Assembly: GCA_965205605.1 (NCBI GenBank)
Contig: CBDBHE010000008.1
Coordinates: 64,001 to 128,000, forward strand
DNA from: Spirochaetota bacterium
Lineage (GTDB): Bacteria; Spirochaetota; UBA12135; COTS27; CBDBHE01
DNA length: 64,000 bases
Direction of reading: 5' to 3'
The notes under the pieces are model-generated. The model had not been told where the DNA came from. It did no database searches and worked only from the letters and a program-made list of their open reading frames with translations. Positions within the stretch are counted from its first letter, which is position 1. Each line of letters begins with the position of its first letter. Shown here piece after piece: positions 60,595 to 64,000 of this stretch. Made by a program: the position numbers and the translations under genes.

Positions 60595-61062
60595 ATGAAA
60601 AAAATAATTATTGCAAATGATCACGGTGGAATTAGTGTTAAAGAAAAGATTAAAAAGCACTTAAAAGGAAAACAATTTGATGTTTTAGACCTAGGCACCA
60701 ATGAAGAAAAGTCTGTTGATTATGTTGATTATGCTAAGAAAGCTTGTTATGAGTTTTTAAACCATCGATATGAATTTGGAGTTTTGATTTGTGGGACAGG
60801 GATTGGGGTTTCTATTGCAGCCAATAAAATAAACGGTATTCGTTGTGCTTTGATTTATGATCACTTTACAGCTAAAATGGCCAAAAAACACAACAAAGCA
60901 AACTTTATTGCTTTAGGAGGAAGGGTCCAATACTCCACATCAATTACTAGTATTATAGATCAATATATTGAAGAAAACTTTGAAAAAGCACAACGACATC
61001 AAAATCGTCTAAAAAAATTAACTCTTTTAGAAAAAGAAAATTATAAAAGGAGACTGAATTGA
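60595..61062 (+). CDS. rpiB: Ribose-5-phosphate isomerase B
   Basis: 'ANDHGG', 'DYVDYA', 'ICGTGIG.SIAANK..GIR', 'HN.AN', 'RH..R'. Confidence 0.96.
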   Translation: MKKIIIANDHGGISVKEKIKKHLKGKQFDVLDLGTNEEKSVDYVDYAKKACYEFLNHRYEFGVLICGTGIGVSIAANKINGIRCALIYDHFTAKMAKKHNKANFIALGGRVQYSTSITSIIDQYIEENFEKAQRHQNRLKKLTLLEKENYKRRLN

Positions 61063-61532
61063 TGGAAATAAAAGAAATAGAAGGGGAGGTTTTAGCAAAG
61101 TATTATTCTTTCTGTATTATTGTTAGTCGATTTAATGAATCTATCACAAAAAAGTTAAAAGAAAGTGCTATTAAATGTTTGATTAAACATGGAGCTAGAG
61201 AGAGAAAGATCAAAATTATTCATGTTCCTGGGGCTTTAGAAATTCCTTTAGTGGCTCAAAAAGTAGCCACTAAAAAAAAATATAATGCTATTATTTGTTT
61301 AGGTTGTGTGATAAAAGGAGAAACGGCTCATTTTGATCAAGTCGCTTTTGGATCGACTCACGGTCTTTTACAAGCCTCTCTTAAAACTGCTTGCCCGATC
61401 ACTTTTGGTATTTTAACCACAAATACCGCTGAACAAGCAATGAGAAGATGTGGGATCAAAAAAGGACCTAATAAAGGATGGGAAGCAGCTCTTAATGCTA
61501 TAGAAATGGCGTCTTTACATTCAAAATTATAG
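61062..61532 (+). CDS. ribH: 6,7-dimethyl-8-ribityllumazine synthase
   Basis: 'VSRFN', 'VPGALEIP', 'LGCVIKGETAHFD', 'FGILT', 'NKGWEAA'. Confidence 0.97.
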   Translation: MEIKEIEGEVLAKYYSFCIIVSRFNESITKKLKESAIKCLIKHGARERKIKIIHVPGALEIPLVAQKVATKKKYNAIICLGCVIKGETAHFDQVAFGSTHGLLQASLKTACPITFGILTTNTAEQAMRRCGIKKGPNKGWEAALNAIEMASLHSKL

Positions 61533-61542
61533 TAAAGCTTAA

Positions 61543-62031
61543 TTGATGATAAAAAAAAAATTTGATTCTGAAGCTAGGTTAAAAAAAGTTTCTATTGAAA
61601 AAGCAATTGTTAATGAAAAAAATTTAACTCCTAGACGAAAAGCAAGAATTTTAGCCGTGCAAGCTCTTTATGCTATTGAGTGTCAACAAACAAACAACAT
61701 CAAACAAATTACTGAATTTGATTGGAACGAAACAAAAAATAAAAAAACATATCGGTTTGCAAAACAATTAGTCGAAGGAGCTACCAAGCATCAAAAACAA
61801 ATTGATGAAATCATTATTTCTCTTTTAATTGATTGGACTTTTGACCGAGTTGCTTGGGTCAACAAGGCGATTTTAAGATTATCGATTTACTGCCTCTTTT
61901 GGGAAAAAGAAATCCCAGTAAGAGTAGTCATTAACGAGGCCGTTGATCTTTCTAAATGGTTTAGTGAAGAAGATGATTATAAATTTATTAATGCAGTTTT
62001 AAATAAAGTTGGCATCAAAGAAAAAAAATAA
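61543..62031 (+). CDS. nusB: Transcription antitermination factor NusB
   Basis: 'RRKARILAVQALY', 'W.FDR', 'AILR', 'VINEAV.L.K.F', 'FINAVL'; follows ribH. Confidence 0.94.
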   Translation: MMIKKKFDSEARLKKVSIEKAIVNEKNLTPRRKARILAVQALYAIECQQTNNIKQITEFDWNETKNKKTYRFAKQLVEGATKHQKQIDEIIISLLIDWTFDRVAWVNKAILRLSIYCLFWEKEIPVRVVINEAVDLSKWFSEEDDYKFINAVLNKVGIKEKK

Positions 62032-63910
62032 AGATTATTTTTTCCTATACTTACTTGCTTTTTTTTGTATGGGAGTTTTATTTATGATTTATCTCATATT
62101 AAAAAACTATAATACTGATGTCGCCTTTCTAAAAAGCTTAAAAACCAAAGAAGCTAATTTTTTTTTTCAAAGAATCAATGAAGCTAATACTTTTATTAAA
62201 AATCAGCAATATCAATTAGCTATTCGTACTTTAAAATCCTTAGAGCAAGAAGAAATCTTAAAAGAAAAGCAACAACAATCCATTTATTTTTTACTAGCTT
62301 ACGTCAATAAAAGTCTCGGGCTTTATCATACTGCAATCAACTATAGCAAAAAAGCCATTGAAATTAAAAAAGTTCCTCTTGCTTACTTTATGCTAGGCTC
62401 TATTTATGAAAAAATGAATCGACCTTTAGAAGCTGTAAAAAGTTACGAAAAAGCTATTAAAAAAGATCGTTTTTATATGAATGCTTATGAGCAACTTGGA
62501 AATTTGTTTTTTCAACAAGGTAATTACCAAAAAGCCTTTAAATATTTTGATACAGCAAGTAAAATCTTTAAAAAAGAATTATCAATAGGGATTTTAATCA
62601 AAAAAACAGCTTGCCTACATTTACTAAAAAAATATAAAGAATCTAATAAAATTATTGAAAAAAAAATCATTCCTGCAAAATCAAATTATTACAAAGATAC
62701 TGCCTATTTGATTTCTGCTGTTAATTTTGAAAATTTAAATAAAAATCATAAAGCAAGTTCTTACTATGATAAAGCTTTATCTTTGGCTTCTTTAAAAGAA
62801 CGTCAAACTTATTCTTACTTACAGTCTATTAATTTTATTAAACTAGGCGAAAATGAAAAAGCAATCAAATCAATAAAAATCAATAATAGTTTTAGTCTTG
62901 AAAGTAATTTAAAACAATACACTCCTAAACAAACTTTAGGTCTTTTATACTTTATAGAAAAAAATTATACCGATAGTGCCAATGAATTTAGGCAGCTCGC
63001 CCCTGTTAATCGAGAAAGTCTTTACTATTATGCGGTTTGCTATTACAAGCTTAAAAATTATCAAAAAGCAATCACTTTTTTCAAGCCTTTTATTTCAAAT
63101 AAAGATCTGCTAGACGAGTATACGTTTTCTGCTTTTATTTTAAGTGCGATTGCTTACTCAAAGTTAGGCTATAAAAGTATTTGGCCATCTTTACTTGAAG
63201 AAGCTATTACTACTTGGAAAACTCGAGAAGAAACCATCTTAACTTTAGGTTACCTTACTTTAAAATATAGACCCAAATTATTCCCTGTATTAGTTAAAAA
63301 ACACCTACCAGATTATCCTAATATCAATCTCATATTAGGTAGTTATTTTAAAAAACATAAAAGATGGCAAGAAGCCTTAGATGCTTTTATTAAAGTAGCT
63401 CAAACTTCTTCTAATAATGGTTTTTTATACAAACAAATTGGAGATATCTATAATCAAATTAAAGATTATAAAAAAGCAACCTCTTATTACAAATTATCCC
63501 TTAAAAAAGATATTAATAAAGACACTAGAGAAAAAATTATTAATAACTTAGCTTATGCACTAGCAAAACATCAAAAAATTGATAACGCTTATAAAATACT
63601 TTTAAAAGAAAAATCCAAAACAAAGCTTAGTGTTTATTTTAATTTGTCTTTATTGTCAAAAAATAAAGGAGATATTTTTAATTATCAATCTTATCTAAAT
63701 AAAGCAATCGATCATCTTGATGAAGACGAAAACAAAAACCTTCGATCTTTAGTTTTATTAGAGGCAGCAATGAGTGAAATTAAAAATAAATCTATACAAA
63801 AAGCTACAGAATATTTAAAAAAAGCCATTAAAGAAAACCCTAAAAATATGAAAGCTGAATATTTATTAAAAAATAAACTTTCTTTATTCAATTCCTCTGC
63901 CTTTTATTAG
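62009..63910 (+). CDS. Membrane-anchored multi-TPR protein
   Basis: N-terminal TM and repeated TPR motifs ('AYFMLGSIY.....EAVKSYEKAI', 'AYEQLGNLFF...YQKA'). Confidence 0.85.
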   Translation: MASKKKNKDYFFLYLLAFFCMGVLFMIYLILKNYNTDVAFLKSLKTKEANFFFQRINEANTFIKNQQYQLAIRTLKSLEQEEILKEKQQQSIYFLLAYVNKSLGLYHTAINYSKKAIEIKKVPLAYFMLGSIYEKMNRPLEAVKSYEKAIKKDRFYMNAYEQLGNLFFQQGNYQKAFKYFDTASKIFKKELSIGILIKKTACLHLLKKYKESNKIIEKKIIPAKSNYYKDTAYLISAVNFENLNKNHKASSYYDKALSLASLKERQTYSYLQSINFIKLGENEKAIKSIKINNSFSLESNLKQYTPKQTLGLLYFIEKNYTDSANEFRQLAPVNRESLYYYAVCYYKLKNYQKAITFFKPFISNKDLLDEYTFSAFILSAIAYSKLGYKSIWPSLLEEAITTWKTREETILTLGYLTLKYRPKLFPVLVKKHLPDYPNINLILGSYFKKHKRWQEALDAFIKVAQTSSNNGFLYKQIGDIYNQIKDYKKATSYYKLSLKKDINKDTREKIINNLAYALAKHQKIDNAYKILLKEKSKTKLSVYFNLSLLSKNKGDIFNYQSYLNKAIDHLDEDENKNLRSLVLLEAAMSEIKNKSIQKATEYLKKAIKENPKNMKAEYLLKNKLSLFNSSAFY

Positions 63911-64000
63911 TGAAACAATACTTTATTATCACAGGGGGAATTAAGCGAATTGGAGCTAAAATTGCTGAATTTTTAGTTAATACCTATGGCTATAGTCTCA
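63910..64000 (+). CDS. SDR oxidoreductase, pteridine-reductase-like (5' part only)
   Basis: GTG start overlapping the previous stop; 'MKQYFIITGGIKRIGAKIAEFL' matches the TGxxxRIG cofactor motif. Confidence 0.65.
   Translation, partial: MKQYFIITGGIKRIGAKIAEFLVNTYGYSL

Noticed and set aside
1-64000. CRISPR arrays, rRNA, IS elements, riboswitch or T-box leaders (checked before leuS, thrS, ribH)
   Set aside because: No regularly spaced repeats, transposase motifs or structured leaders were seen by eye; the spacer before thrS is only 42 nt and ribH abuts rpiB

Overview
Very AT-rich, homopolymer-rich bacterial chromosome segment (roughly a quarter G+C by eye, not computed). It is most consistent with a Spirochaetota genome: spirochete-type flhF-flhG-orf-fliA-fapA and flgN-flgK-flgL-fliW-csrA gene order, a TPR gene followed by a long GreA-associated-domain gene, and a long-form IspG. 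It carries an LPS/polysaccharide block (O-antigen ligase-like, two GT9, WcaJ-like), housekeeping genes (hisG, hisE, pyk, ispF, ispG, map, leuS, recG, thrS, pyrE, murG, pyrD, rpiB, ribH, nusB), two flagellar clusters and tRNA-Val(GAC). Points of interest: (1) several otherwise intact genes are broken exactly at poly-A/T runs (hisG, the TPR gene, the GreA-associated gene), either assembly error or transcriptional slippage; (2) the GreA-associated protein lacks the GreA domain; (3) an OmpA + PorV-like barrel + FSPN-Ig-repeat operon resembles T9SS accessory modules; (4) a head-to-head double 5'-truncation scar joins an HsdS-like gene to a BRO-N/DinD/winged-helix fusion next to the tRNA; (5) a GGA-loop hairpin precedes csrA. 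All family assignments come from recognising motifs by eye, not from database searches. No CRISPR array, rRNA, integrase or transposase was seen.
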